From an uncultured Clostridium sp. (GTDB taxonomy: Bacteria; Bacillota; Clostridia; TANB77; CAG-508), in assembly GCA_948467495.1 (NCBI GenBank), contig CAOKEO010000006.1, positions 1 through 58,179 on the forward strand: a stretch of DNA of 58,179 bases, in the 5' to 3' direction. The translations under genes and the position numbers were made by a program. This document shows positions 21,208-32,105 of this stretch, one piece after another. The notes beneath the pieces are model-generated. The model made no database searches and was not told the origin of the DNA. It was given only the letters and a program-made list of their open reading frames with translations. How positions within the stretch are numbered: position 1 is the stretch's first letter; each line of letters opens with the position of its first letter.

Positions 21208-22107
21208 ATGAAAGTTGGAGTTGATTTGGGCGGAAGCCATATTGCTATTGGTGTAGTAAATGACGATGGTAATATTTTAGAGAAAAATGAAAAAAGATTG
21301 ACAAGTGTTGAAAAACAAAATCTTGAAAAATCAATTGAAGAATCTATAATAGAAAATGTGAAACAATTTAAGAAACAATATGAAATAACAGAAGTGGGAA
21401 TTGGTGCCCCTGGCTGGGCAGTTGATGGATTGATTCAAAATTCAGGGAATTTGGGAATACAAAATTACCCAATAGTAGAAAGGTTAAAGGAATTAAAATT
21501 GCCAATTCAGGTAATGAATGATGCAAAATGTGCAGCTTTAGCAGAAAATGCATATGGTTGTTTAAAAGGATATGATAGAAGTATTTTTTTAACGTTAGGA
21601 ACGGGAATTGGAGGAGCCGCTTTTTTAAATCATCAGTTGTTAAAAGCTGGTAAAAAACCTGGCTATGAATTTGGTCATATGGTAATTGAAAAGAATGGAG
21701 TACCATGCCATTGTGGTAGTAGAGGGTGTTTTGAGAGATATGCCTCTATGAAAGTTCTGAAAGACAACTTAAGGAGTGTTCTAAATTTGAATGAAACGAC
21801 AAGTGGTGAAGAATTGCTAAAAATAATACAAGAAAATCAACCATGCAGACAAAACAAGGATGGAATTGAAAAAGTGGTGTGTGAATATATTGAGAATTTG
21901 AGTATTGGAATACAGAATTTGATTCGTATTTTTGAGCCAGAAGTTATTGGTATTGGTGGCAGTTTTGTGTATTTTGAGGATGTTTTATTACCAAGATTAA
22001 GACAAAATATAAAAATTGCCAATACAAATGATGCAGAAAGAAAAAATATTAAGATAAAGACTGCTATTTTAGGAAATGATGCCGGAATGATAGGAGCGGT
22101 TTTGTGA
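21208..22107 (+). CDS. ROK family sugar kinase
   Basis: GVDLGGS, NDAKCAALAE, TLGTGIGG, EFGH, CHCGSRGCFE. Confidence 0.92.
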   Translation: MKVGVDLGGSHIAIGVVNDDGNILEKNEKRLTSVEKQNLEKSIEESIIENVKQFKKQYEITEVGIGAPGWAVDGLIQNSGNLGIQNYPIVERLKELKLPIQVMNDAKCAALAENAYGCLKGYDRSIFLTLGTGIGGAAFLNHQLLKAGKKPGYEFGHMVIEKNGVPCHCGSRGCFERYASMKVLKDNLRSVLNLNETTSGEELLKIIQENQPCRQNKDGIEKVVCEYIENLSIGIQNLIRIFEPEVIGIGGSFVYFEDVLLPRLRQNIKIANTNDAERKNIKIKTAILGNDAGMIGAVL

Positions 22108-22254
22108 TTTTGGTACTATTTAGAAATAGCACATTTTGATAAACATTTACTAGTAAAAATCTATGGGTCTGAATTGTGTTACTGTTTAAGTACAAAATTT
22201 CAAAAAACACTTGAAATGATTGGTCAAATATGATACAATAGCGAACGTATTAAT

Positions 22255-22330
22255 CACACAAAGGGAGTTTTAAGGGAAGTGCCTAAAGAACTAGGTCCTA
22301 AAAAACGTAGAAACTTTGTGGAAGAAATAA
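22255..22330 (+). promoter_or_regulatory. Probable S2 autoregulatory leader
   Basis: CACAAAG/CTTTGTG closing stem upstream of rpsB; TTGAAA-17-TACAAT promoter just before. Confidence 0.55.
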
Positions 22331-22350
22331 CAAAAAGGGAGGAATTAAAA

Positions 22351-23172
22351 ATGGCAGTAGTTGCAATGAAACAATTACTTGAAGCAGGTGTTCATTTTGG
22401 ACATCAAACGAGAAGATGGGATCCTAAAATGGCGGAATATATATTCCAAGCTAGAAACGGAATTCACATTATCGATTTACAAAAAACATCAAAAAAATTA
22501 GATGAAGCATATAGCTTTATCAAAGAACAAGCAGAGGAAGGAAAAACAATTCTATTTGTAGGAACGAAAAAACAAGCACAAGAATGTATGAAGGAAGCAG
22601 CTTTGAAATGTGGTATGTACTATATTGACCAAAGATGGTTAGGAGGAATGTTGACTAACTTTGAAACCATTCGTACTAGAGTGCAAAGATTAAAAGATTT
22701 AGAAGCTATGCAAGAAGATGGAACATTTGATATCTTACCAAAAAAAGAAGTAATTTTATTGAAAAAAGAAATGGAAAAATTAGAAAAAAATCTTGGTGGA
22801 ATTAAAGAAATGGAAAAATTGCCAGGAGTGATTTTTTTAATCGACCCTAAAAAAGAAAGAATTGCGATTTTAGAAGCTAAAAAATTAGGAATTCCAGTAG
22901 TAGGATTAGTAGATACCAACTGTAATCCAGAAGAGCTAGATTATCCAATACCAGGAAATGATGATGCCATCAGAGCTGTAAAATTAATAGCAGATGTTAT
23001 GGCAAATGCTGTTATTGAAGGAAAACAAGGAGAAAGTTTTGAACCAGAAATGGAACCAGAACAAGTTGCCAAAACAGAAGAACCTACTAGCATTGAAGAA
23101 GTAGTTGAAGCAGTAGAAGAAACAGAGACAGTAGAAGAAGCAACAGAAACAACAGAAGAACAAAAGGCTTAA
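22351..23172 (+). CDS. rpsB: 30S ribosomal protein S2
   Basis: [19 protein letters not shown]; GGAGG RBS before ATG 22351. Confidence 0.98.
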   Translation: MAVVAMKQLLEAGVHFGHQTRRWDPKMAEYIFQARNGIHIIDLQKTSKKLDEAYSFIKEQAEEGKTILFVGTKKQAQECMKEAALKCGMYYIDQRWLGGMLTNFETIRTRVQRLKDLEAMQEDGTFDILPKKEVILLKKEMEKLEKNLGGIKEMEKLPGVIFLIDPKKERIAILEAKKLGIPVVGLVDTNCNPEELDYPIPGNDDAIRAVKLIADVMANAVIEGKQGESFEPEMEPEQVAKTEEPTSIEEVVEAVEETETVEEATETTEEQKA

Positions 23173-23241
23173 AATCAGATAAAAACAAAGAGTAGAGCTT
23201 TCTGCTCTACTTATTTTTTAATATATAAGGAGGAATGTTAA

Positions 23242-24120
23242 ATGGTTACAGCAAGTTTAGTAAAAGACTTAAGAGAGAAAACAGGAGCAGGTATGATGGA
23301 CTGCAAAAAAGTTTTAACAGAAACAGATGGAGACATGGAGAAGGCAATTGAATTATTGCGTGAAAGAGGAATAGCAAAAGCAGCTAAAAAATCTGGAAGA
23401 GTAGCAGCAGAAGGATTAGTAGAAGCTTACATTTCAGAAGATGGAAAAATAGGAGCTGTTGTAGAAGTTAATTCAGAAACAGACTTCGTTGGTAAAAATG
23501 AAGAATTTAAAACATTTGTTATGAATATTGCAAAACAAATTGTAGAAAAAAAGCCAACTGATGTAGAAGCATTATTAGCACAAGAATCAATGGAAGTAGC
23601 GGGAAAAACAGTACAAGAAGTATTAGTAGATAAAATTGCTACGATTGGTGAAAATATGAATATTAGAAGATTCGCAAGATTTGAAGCTGATGGTTTGGTA
23701 GAAAAATACATTCATGGTGATGGAAAAATTGCTGTTTTAGTTAACATGAAAAAGGGAAATAGTGAAGTAGCAAAAGATATTTGTATGCAAATAGCTGCGG
23801 CAAGACCTGAATATGTTAGAAAAGAAGAAGTGCCAGAAGAAAGAGTTAATAAAGAAATGGAAATCTTAAAGGCACAAACTATGAATGAGGGAAAACCAGA
23901 AGCCATTGCTGAAAAAATCGTACAAGGTAGAATTGGAAAATTCTATGAAGAAATTTGTTTGATAGACCAAGCTTTTGTAAAAGACCCAAATAAAAAAGTA
24001 AATCAATTATTAAGTGAAACAGATAGTGAAGTAGTGGAATTTGCAAGATTTGAAAAAGGCGAAGGAATTGAGAAAAAAGAAGAGAATTTTGCAGAAGAAG
24101 TTATGAATCAATTAAAATAG
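23242..24120 (+). CDS. tsf: Elongation factor Ts
   Basis: LREKTGAGMMDCKK, NSETDFV. Confidence 0.98.
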   Translation: MVTASLVKDLREKTGAGMMDCKKVLTETDGDMEKAIELLRERGIAKAAKKSGRVAAEGLVEAYISEDGKIGAVVEVNSETDFVGKNEEFKTFVMNIAKQIVEKKPTDVEALLAQESMEVAGKTVQEVLVDKIATIGENMNIRRFARFEADGLVEKYIHGDGKIAVLVNMKKGNSEVAKDICMQIAAARPEYVRKEEVPEERVNKEMEILKAQTMNEGKPEAIAEKIVQGRIGKFYEEICLIDQAFVKDPNKKVNQLLSETDSEVVEFARFEKGEGIEKKEENFAEEVMNQLK

Positions 24121-24284
24121 AATTTAAACAAGAATTAGAGAGAGCCTTTAATTCTTGTTTTTTAGATTTGTTTTAAATATAAATATGAGTTTATAAACAA
24201 AAAATTAAGAAAATCTTAAAAAAATACTGTATTTTTTGGTAAACTATGATAAAATAGCTTTGACAAAAATATAGTTTAAGGAGA

Positions 24285-25001
24285 GTGGGAAATTTGCACG
24301 ATACAAAATATAAAAGAGTGCTATTAAAACTAAGTGGAGAAGCCTTAGCAGGAACACAAAAGACAGGAGTAGATGTAGAAACCGTCGGAAAAATATGTGA
24401 CAAAATAAAAGAAGTCGTAGAAATGGGAGTACAAGTTGCTATTGTAGTAGGAGGAGGAAACTTTTGGAGAGGAAGACAAGGTCATCAAATGGAAAGGACA
24501 ACAGCAGACTATATGGGAATGTTAGCAACCGCCATGAATGGATTGGCTTTGCAAGACGCCCTAGAAGCAAGAAAAATTGATTCTAGAGTGCAGACTGCTA
24601 TTCAAATGAGGGAAATTGCTGAACCATTTATCCAAAGAAAGGCAGAAAAACATTTGAACAGAGGAAGAGTTGTTATTTTTGCTGGAGGTACAGGTCACCC
24701 ATATTTTACGACTGATACAGCAGCAGTTCTTAGAGCAACTGAAATTAAAGCAGATATTATTTTGTTAGGAAAATCAATTGATGCTGTTTACTCAGCAGAC
24801 CCTAAAATTGACCCAACTGCTACTAAATATGAAGAGATTTCTTATATGGAAGTGTTGGAAAAGGATTTAAAGGTGATGGATTCGACTGCTACTGCTATGT
24901 GTAGAGATAATCATATGCCATTGCTAGTGTTTGGAATTGCAGACCCAGAGAATATTGTGAGGGCTGTTAAGGGGGAGAAGATTGGAACAATCGTTTCTTA
25001 A
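24285..25001 (+). CDS. pyrH: UMP kinase
   Basis: [23 protein letters not shown]. Confidence 0.97.
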   Translation: MGNLHDTKYKRVLLKLSGEALAGTQKTGVDVETVGKICDKIKEVVEMGVQVAIVVGGGNFWRGRQGHQMERTTADYMGMLATAMNGLALQDALEARKIDSRVQTAIQMREIAEPFIQRKAEKHLNRGRVVIFAGGTGHPYFTTDTAAVLRATEIKADIILLGKSIDAVYSADPKIDPTATKYEEISYMEVLEKDLKVMDSTATAMCRDNHMPLLVFGIADPENIVRAVKGEKIGTIVS

Positions 25002-25244
25002 ATGAATGAAAATCAGCATCTTGCACATTTTCGCTAAGTTGTCAAACCTCGACGTACCAACGTACGCCATCAGCTTGAACACCTTATCAAAAATGCACAA
25101 TATACTAATTTTGATTCATTTAACTCAGAGAAAATAAGATGAATGAAAATCAGCATCTTGCACATTTTCGCTAAGTTGTCAAACCTCGACGTACCAACGT
25201 ACGCCATCAGCTTGAACATCTTATCAAAAATGCACAATATACTA
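25002..25244. repeat. Tandem duplication of a palindromic element (25002-25107, 25139-25244)
   Basis: 106 bp with one mismatch, period 137; central CGTAC-CAAC-GTACG hairpin. Confidence 0.9.
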
Positions 25245-25398
25245 CTTTGAATTTGTTTATAATATAAGAAACACGAGAGGGATAAGTTTTAAATTGTCCT
25301 AAAAAAGAGATAATGCCGATAAGAACAATTGGCAATAAGAGATAAAAAAATGAGACAAATGAGGACTATCCCCATTGTTTCAAAAAAGGAGGAAAATT

Positions 25399-25947
25399 AT
25401 GGATTATACAACCATAAAAGAAAAGATGGAAAAGTCAATTAGTGTGTATCAAGAAAAATTAGCGGAGGTAAGAGCAGGACGTGCGAATCCAGCTATTTTA
25501 AATAAGATAAAAATAGATTATTATGGAACACCAACACCAATTAATCAAGTGGGTGGAATTTCTGTACCTGAAGCAAGATTAATTGTAATTCAGCCTTGGG
25601 ATGTAAGTGTTTTGAAGGAAATTGAAAAGGCTATTTTGGCGTCTGATATTGGAATTAATCCCAATAATGATGGAAAAGTAATAAGACTAGCTTTTCCAGA
25701 ATTAAATGAAGAGAGAAGAAAAGAAATTGTAAAAGATGTCCGTAAAATGGCAGAGGAAGCTAAAGTAGCGATTCGTTCTATTAGAAGAGAAGGAATTGAT
25801 ACAGCAAAGGCATCTCAAAAAGAGGGAGAAATGACAGAAGATGAATTAAAACAAGCAGAAAACGAAATTCAAAAAATTACTGACAATCATATTGAAGAAA
25901 TTGATAAAATACTAGAGGCAAAAGAAAAAGAGGTAATGTCAGTATAA
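25399..25947 (+). CDS. frr: Ribosome recycling factor
   Basis: RAGRANP, DYYG, NPNNDG. Confidence 0.97.
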   Translation: MDYTTIKEKMEKSISVYQEKLAEVRAGRANPAILNKIKIDYYGTPTPINQVGGISVPEARLIVIQPWDVSVLKEIEKAILASDIGINPNNDGKVIRLAFPELNEERRKEIVKDVRKMAEEAKVAIRSIRREGIDTAKASQKEGEMTEDELKQAENEIQKITDNHIEEIDKILEAKEKEVMSV

Positions 25948-26082
25948 TTATTTTATATTATAGATAGATATTATATTTTGACAAAGTGATTTTCAACTGC
26001 AAACAGTGTGTGATTACATGCAGACTATACTCTTGTTAAATAGAGATACAAGGAACATTTAATAAAGGGAAAGGATTTTTTA

Positions 26083-26970
26083 ATGGATTTTAAAGAAAAA
26101 TTAAAAGATTACCAACAACAGATTAATCAAGAATTAGAAAAGTACATAAAAAAACAAGACTGTCCAGAACAAAAATTAAATCAAGCAATAGAATATAGCT
26201 TAATGGCAGGAGGAAAACGTTTAAGACCAATCTTAGTTTTGGCAACTTACCAACTTTTTGAGAAAGATGTAAAGAAATGTATGCCATATGCAGTAGCCAT
26301 TGAAATGGTACATAATTTTTCTTTAATTCATGATGATTTACCAGGAATTGATAATGATGATTTCCGACATGGAAAACCAACCAATCATAAGCAATTCAAT
26401 GAGGCAACCGCAATACTAGCAGGAGACAGTCTATTAAATAGTGCTTATCAAGTAATAAGTAGAGACTTAATGGCTAGCAAGGCAGAAGAAAGAACTAAGA
26501 AGATTAGAATTTTTGGTGAATTTTCAGAAGCAATGAATCGAATGATTACGGGAGAATATATTGACACAGAATGGGAAGGAAAACAAATAACAAAAGAACA
26601 ACTAGAATATATTCATAAAAACAAGACAGGGGCTTTGTTAAAACTATCAGTAAGAATGGGAGCGATTTTAGGAGATTGTACAAAAGAGGAATTAAATGGT
26701 TTATCAAACTATGCTGACAAAATAGGATTAACCTTCCAAATTAAAGATGACATTCTATCAGAAGAGGGAAACGAAGAAATTTTGGGAAAACCAGTAGGAA
26801 ACGATAAAGAATTAGAAAAATGTACTTACGTTTCACAATATGGTTTACAGGGAGCAAAAGAGGTCTTAAATAAAATAACAAAAGAAGCAGTTAATGAATT
26901 ACAAATATATGGAGAAAAAGCCGAATTTTTGAGAGAATTAGCTTTGTATATACAAAATAGAAATAAATGA
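26083..26970 (+). CDS. ispA: Farnesyl diphosphate synthase / polyprenyl synthetase
   Basis: GGKRLRP, SLIHDDLP, FQIKDD. Confidence 0.9.
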   Translation: MDFKEKLKDYQQQINQELEKYIKKQDCPEQKLNQAIEYSLMAGGKRLRPILVLATYQLFEKDVKKCMPYAVAIEMVHNFSLIHDDLPGIDNDDFRHGKPTNHKQFNEATAILAGDSLLNSAYQVISRDLMASKAEERTKKIRIFGEFSEAMNRMITGEYIDTEWEGKQITKEQLEYIHKNKTGALLKLSVRMGAILGDCTKEELNGLSNYADKIGLTFQIKDDILSEEGNEEILGKPVGNDKELEKCTYVSQYGLQGAKEVLNKITKEAVNELQIYGEKAEFLRELALYIQNRNK

Positions 26971-27049
26971 TTTTGGGAATGCCCTTAGTTGTGCGAGCGT
27001 TAAGCAAGCTTACCGATGAGTAATACCTTTAGGTAGGGAGGAAAAAATT

Positions 27050-27764
27050 ATGGAATTTAATAAAGAGGTTATGCCAAAACACATTGCTATTATTATGGAT
27101 GGTAATAGAAGGTGGGCAAAAGTGAAAGGAAAGCCAGTCAGTTATGGACATAAAGAAGGTGCCAAGACATTAGAGAAAATAGTAAGATATGCCAATAAAA
27201 TTGGATTAGAATATATCACGGTTTATGCCTTTTCGACCGAAAACTGGAAAAGAGCAGAAGAGGAAGTAAAAGCATTGATGATGTTACTACAAAATTATTT
27301 GGATGATTATGCCAAAAGAGCTGATACAGAAAATATTAAAGTAAAAATATTAGGAGATATTTCAGCTTTATCGAGTGGTATGCAGAAAAGTATTCAAAAT
27401 TGTATGGAAAGGACGAAAGACAACACAGGTGTTACCTTTAATATTGCTTTAAATTATGGAGGAAGAGACGAATTAATAAAAGCGATTAAACAAATAGCAA
27501 ATCAGGTCAAAAACAATGAAATACAGATAGATGATATTACAGAACAAATGATATCAGATTGTTTATATACAAGAGGAGAACCAGAGCCAGATTTATTAAT
27601 AAGAACCAGTGGAGAGCAAAGACTAAGTAACTTTCTACCATGGCAATTAGTCTATACAGAATTTTTATTTATCGATAAAAATTGGCCAGAATTTGAAGAA
27701 TCTGATTTAGACGATGCTATCCTAGAATATCAAAAAAGAACAAGAAAATTTCGGAGCAAATTAG
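27050..27764 (+). CDS. uppS: Undecaprenyl diphosphate synthase; conserved C-terminus reached by +1 shift at CGGA 27752-27755 (unshifted frame ends 27787)
   Basis: IMDGNRRWA, FSTENW, RTSGEQRLSNF; RTRKF-[CGGA]-AN-stop restores R.R.FG ending. Confidence 0.93.
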
Positions 27765-27777
27765 AAAGGAAGAAAAT

Positions 27778-28581
27778 ATGGATATAAAAAGACTCACCTC
27801 AGGATTATTGGGATTTCCACTAGTATTAATAATTTTTCTACTAGGGAATAAAATAGTAGTAGATGTTGCATTAACTATTATAGCATTACTTAGTATAGAT
27901 GAATATTTTAATGCCATAAAAAGAGTAGCAAAACCAGTGAGATGGCTAGGATACGTAACTTGTTTTAGTATAGCATTCATTCATATCATACCAGGAGAAT
28001 ATTTGAATATGGTAGTAACACTTTCTGTGCCAACGATTTTAATTATTTTATTTGTGCAAGTTATTATAACAGATATGAAAACTACTTTCAAAGATATCGC
28101 ATACACTTTTATAGGGATTTTCTATGTAGTATTTTTCATTATGTTTATAGCCTTTATTAATGGTATGTCAAATGGCAAGATATTAGTATGGTATGCTTTA
28201 TTTGCAGCATGGGGTACTGATATATCAGCCTATGTGATAGGAAGGCATTTTGGAAAACATAAATTTAGTAAAGTTAGTCCTAAAAAATCAGTGGAAGGAT
28301 GCATAGGGGGAGCGATTGGGGCTATCTTACTAATGTTAGCTTATACGTATTTCGCTAATACCTATTGGGGAATGAATTATTCGTATTTGTTTATAATAGG
28401 AATGGGAGTTATATTAAGTTTAGTAGGTCAAATAGGAGATTTTGCAGCTTCCAGTATCAAAAGATTTGTAGATATTAAAGATTATAGCAATTTAATACCA
28501 GGACATGGGGGAATGTTAGATAGAATTGATAGTCTCATATTCTTAGCACCATTTGCTTATGCACTATTTACTTTATTGTGA
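27778..28581 (+). CDS. cdsA: Phosphatidate cytidylyltransferase
   Basis: SPKKSVEG, IPGHGGMLDRIDS. Confidence 0.95.
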   Translation: MDIKRLTSGLLGFPLVLIIFLLGNKIVVDVALTIIALLSIDEYFNAIKRVAKPVRWLGYVTCFSIAFIHIIPGEYLNMVVTLSVPTILIILFVQVIITDMKTTFKDIAYTFIGIFYVVFFIMFIAFINGMSNGKILVWYALFAAWGTDISAYVIGRHFGKHKFSKVSPKKSVEGCIGGAIGAILLMLAYTYFANTYWGMNYSYLFIIGMGVILSLVGQIGDFAASSIKRFVDIKDYSNLIPGHGGMLDRIDSLIFLAPFAYALFTLL

Positions 28582-28587
28582 GATGGA

Positions 28588-28906
28588 GACACGGGGACGT
28601 AGATAATGTCCCTACTTACTCTGCCATTGGGATGAACCTTTTTGGCAATAATCTGTAATTATCAATTTTTAATGATAAAAAATAAAATTACATTCCTTAC
28701 TGGTCGAGCTAAATCATATAAATAATTCATAATTGATTCACAAATTGAAAAGTTAATCTATTTTATTTGTATGAATAAGCTCTCCCAAACTGTGCGTCAT
28801 GTATTTTATTTTTTATGATTAAAAATTCAAGTTAAAAGGGAGAATTGCCAAAAAGGTCTACTTCCAATAGCAAGGCAGGCAGGGACATTATCTACGTCCC
28901 CGTGTC
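28588..28906. repeat. MITE/REPIN-like element with perfect 26-bp terminal inverted repeats
   Basis: GACACGGGGACGTAGATAATGTCCCT at 28588-28613 and reverse complement at 28881-28906; inner ACCTTTTTGGCAAT/ATTGCCAAAAAGGT pair. Confidence 0.85.
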
Positions 28907-28922
28907 CCAGAGGAGGAAAGAA

Positions 28923-30173
28923 TTGATAGTTTTTTTTATTTCAGCGATAAAAATTATAATATTATTAGGTGTCTTAATTACGATTCACGAATTGGGACAT
29001 TTTATTGTGGCAAAACTTTGTAAGGTAAAAGTAAATGAGTTTGCCATTGGTTTTGGACCAGCTATATGGAGAAAGCAAGGAAAAGAGACGAAATATACCT
29101 TAAGATTGATACCTCTTGGTGGTTATAATAGTATGGAGGGAGAAGATGAGGCATCTGACGATGATAGATCTTTTTCGAAAGCTAGTATTCCGAAAAGGAT
29201 TGCGATTGTAATTGCAGGAGCGACGGTTAATATTATTTTTGCTATTATGATTTATTTTACCATAACAGCGTCATCTGGGACTTATATTTCGAATCAAATT
29301 GATGAAATACTAGATGGATATGCAGCTCAAACAGTAGGATTACAGGCAGGAGATAAAATTGTAGAGGGTAATGGGCAAGTAATCAAGAGTAAAAAAGACT
29401 TAAATGAGGTAGTGGAAAAGTCACAAGGTAAGGAAATGATAACAAAAATTGAAAGAAATGGAGAAATCATAGAATATAAGATAAAACCAAGTGAAATAAA
29501 GTCTAAAGTAACAGGAATTTATTTAGATGATAAGTGTAAGATTGTGGCTGTTCAAAAAGGTAGCAGTTCAGAGCGTCAAGGAATACAGGCAAATGACATG
29601 TTGCTAAAGGTGAATGGAATTAGTGTGAATGGCGATAGAAACATTGCTTTACAAGAAATCAGTCAAAAGGGTGTTAATACCATGACACTTATGGTGCAAA
29701 GAGGGCAAGAGGAGATAGCAATAGAATTGACCCCAGATTATGAAACTAATTATATACTAGGAATCAATTTGAGACCAGCAGAAGATAATTTTGCCAATCG
29801 ATGTATCAATGGTGGTATGCAAACACAAGAATTTCTTGTGTCAATTGTTGATAATTTAAAGCAATTATTTACGGGAAATGTAGGGGTAGACCAAATGATG
29901 GGTCCAGTTGGCATTTCGGAAGTGGTTGCCAAAACAAATGGGATAAGAGAATTTTTTGAAATGATGGCATTAATTTCTTTATCTTTAGGAGTGACAAACT
30001 TATTGCCAATTCCAGCACTAGATGGAGGAAAGATTTTAATTTTATTGATAGAAGTGATTCGAAGAAAGCCGATGAAACAAGAGACAGAAGTGAATATACA
30101 ATTATTAGGATTTGCTATTTTAATTGCTTTATCACTCTATGTAACGTATCATGATATTTTGAGAATTTTCTAA
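28923..30173 (+). CDS. rseP: RIP metalloprotease RseP with two PDZ-like domains
   Basis: HELGH, NLLPIPALDGG; TTG start after GGAGG. Confidence 0.93.
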   Translation: MIVFFISAIKIIILLGVLITIHELGHFIVAKLCKVKVNEFAIGFGPAIWRKQGKETKYTLRLIPLGGYNSMEGEDEASDDDRSFSKASIPKRIAIVIAGATVNIIFAIMIYFTITASSGTYISNQIDEILDGYAAQTVGLQAGDKIVEGNGQVIKSKKDLNEVVEKSQGKEMITKIERNGEIIEYKIKPSEIKSKVTGIYLDDKCKIVAVQKGSSSERQGIQANDMLLKVNGISVNGDRNIALQEISQKGVNTMTLMVQRGQEEIAIELTPDYETNYILGINLRPAEDNFANRCINGGMQTQEFLVSIVDNLKQLFTGNVGVDQMMGPVGISEVVAKTNGIREFFEMMALISLSLGVTNLLPIPALDGGKILILLIEVIRRKPMKQETEVNIQLLGFAILIALSLYVTYHDILRIF

Positions 30174-30201
30174 CAAATGCAAAAATACAAAGGAGAAAGA
30201 A

Positions 30202-31474
30202 ATGGACGAGAAAACAAAAGCGATTATGAAAAAAAGAAACATGAAATTATACCCAATCTATGAGATGTTTGGGTTAGATTTCATGTTTTATTATGTCATT
30301 GAATTACTTTTTTTCATGCAAGTAAAAGGATTGACAGCAGCAGATGTTGTATTGCTAGAATCCTTCTATGCCGCATTTTCTATTGTAATGCAATTTGTAG
30401 TCGTGATAATTGCTAATAAGATAGGAAAAAAGAAAAGCATTGTATTACGGCAATACTCTCAATTTATTGGAGTTAATCATCATAATATTTGGAAATTATT
30501 TTGGATTCTTTATTCTAGCAAAAGCAATCAATGCAATAGGATTTGGTTTGAAGAATATTAGTGAAGCAACTTTTTTAAATAGTACTCTTCCAAAAACAAA
30601 AAGAAAAGGAGAAATTTTTACAAAAATAGATGGAAAGGGTTATGCCAAATATTCTTATTTTAAAGCAACCAGTACCTTAATAGCAGGATTTTTATTTGAT
30701 GTAAATCCGTTTATTCCTGTTATTTTATGCATGTCCTGTGTTATCTTTACCATTATCATTGCTATGAATTTTAATGAAATACAAGAAGATGTAGAAGAAC
30801 CAAAAGAACAAAATAGTAGTATTCAAAATGTAAAGCAAGGTTTTGTGTTTATTTTTCAATCCAAAAGGTTAAAAGCGTTACTTCTTATGATAGCCATGAT
30901 ATGGGCTTTGTTATGTGTAGAAGGTACATATAAAACAGCATTATTAAAAGATATTGGTATATCGGCAGGGATGATTGGTATGATAAATGCTTTTATGGAA
31001 ATGGTGAAAGGAATGTATGCGACAAAAGCCAATGAGTTTAATAAAAAGTATTCCAATCACTTATTAACTAGGATAGCTCTTTGTATTACTTTTATTATGG
31101 CCATAAATGGAGCGATTACATTAGTTAGTGTAGATTATAGAATACAAGCTATGGTAATTACCGTTTTAAGTACTATCATTTATATTTCTAAGGGAATTTA
31201 TCAGATTATTAAAAAGAGATATATGGCTAATTTCGTGAAACCAGATACCTTAGTACAAATTTATTCTGCTAATTCAATTGTTGATAATTTGGTCAGAATG
31301 TTGGTTTCTTATGTTGCTTCTGTTACTTTGAATTTTATGAATATTCGATATGCCACTTTGTTTATGGGTGCTGTGTTTACTGGTGTGGTGTGCTTGATTT
31401 CACTGTATATGAAGAGTAGGGTGGGATTGAAGCCAGAGGAGTATGATGAAAGAGATGTGGAGGTTGTTAAGTAA
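30202..31474 (+). CDS. MFS transporter, joined by +1 shift at CGGC 30448-30451 (423 aa)
   Basis: ANKIGKKKSIVL-[CGGC]-NTL completes motif A and next TM; joined length typical of 12-TM MFS. Confidence 0.8.
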
Positions 31475-32105
31475 TAGTTTGTTGAACAACTTGAAACTAA
31501 GCCTCTCAAAATTGACATATTATGTTAAATATTTTATGATATAAGAGATATGCAATAAGTAACAATTTTTATCCTATTTTAGGAGAAAGAGAGGTAAAGT
31601 CATGAAAGAAGAAAAAAGACGAAAATAGAAAAAAGTGTTAAAGAAAATGGTAAGACGGAAAGTGATAAACCTTTTGGGGGAGATATTTGACTGGGAATGC
31701 TGGACGATGTTTTTAGTTTATGACAGCATCTTATGAGAATGCTACCAGAGATTAAAGCAACTTTTTTGAGCTTTTCAAGATTTTTTTTCGCTAACTGCTT
31801 AGTTGGATTAATTTTCATGTTTATAATTGGAATTGTGCTAATAGTAAAATACTGCATGGAATTGCGTAAAATTATTATGAAAAGAGAAGGGACTGAAGTT
31901 TAGTCCCTCTTTTCCTATGTACAGAATATATTTTGAGAATAAAAAGTGCAATTGATTTAAGATAAGTTAAAATAATGAGTAACGAATATTTAATAAAAAT
32001 TAATAAAAAACATTTGACAAATAGAAGCATTTAATAGATAATATAGTTATCAAAAATATACAGGAGAAAAAACAATAAAAGATACAAAGGAGGAATTGAT
32101 AAAAA

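Noticed and set aside
25002-25244. CRISPR array
   Set aside because: Only two 106-bp copies, no repeat-spacer periodicity, no cas genes
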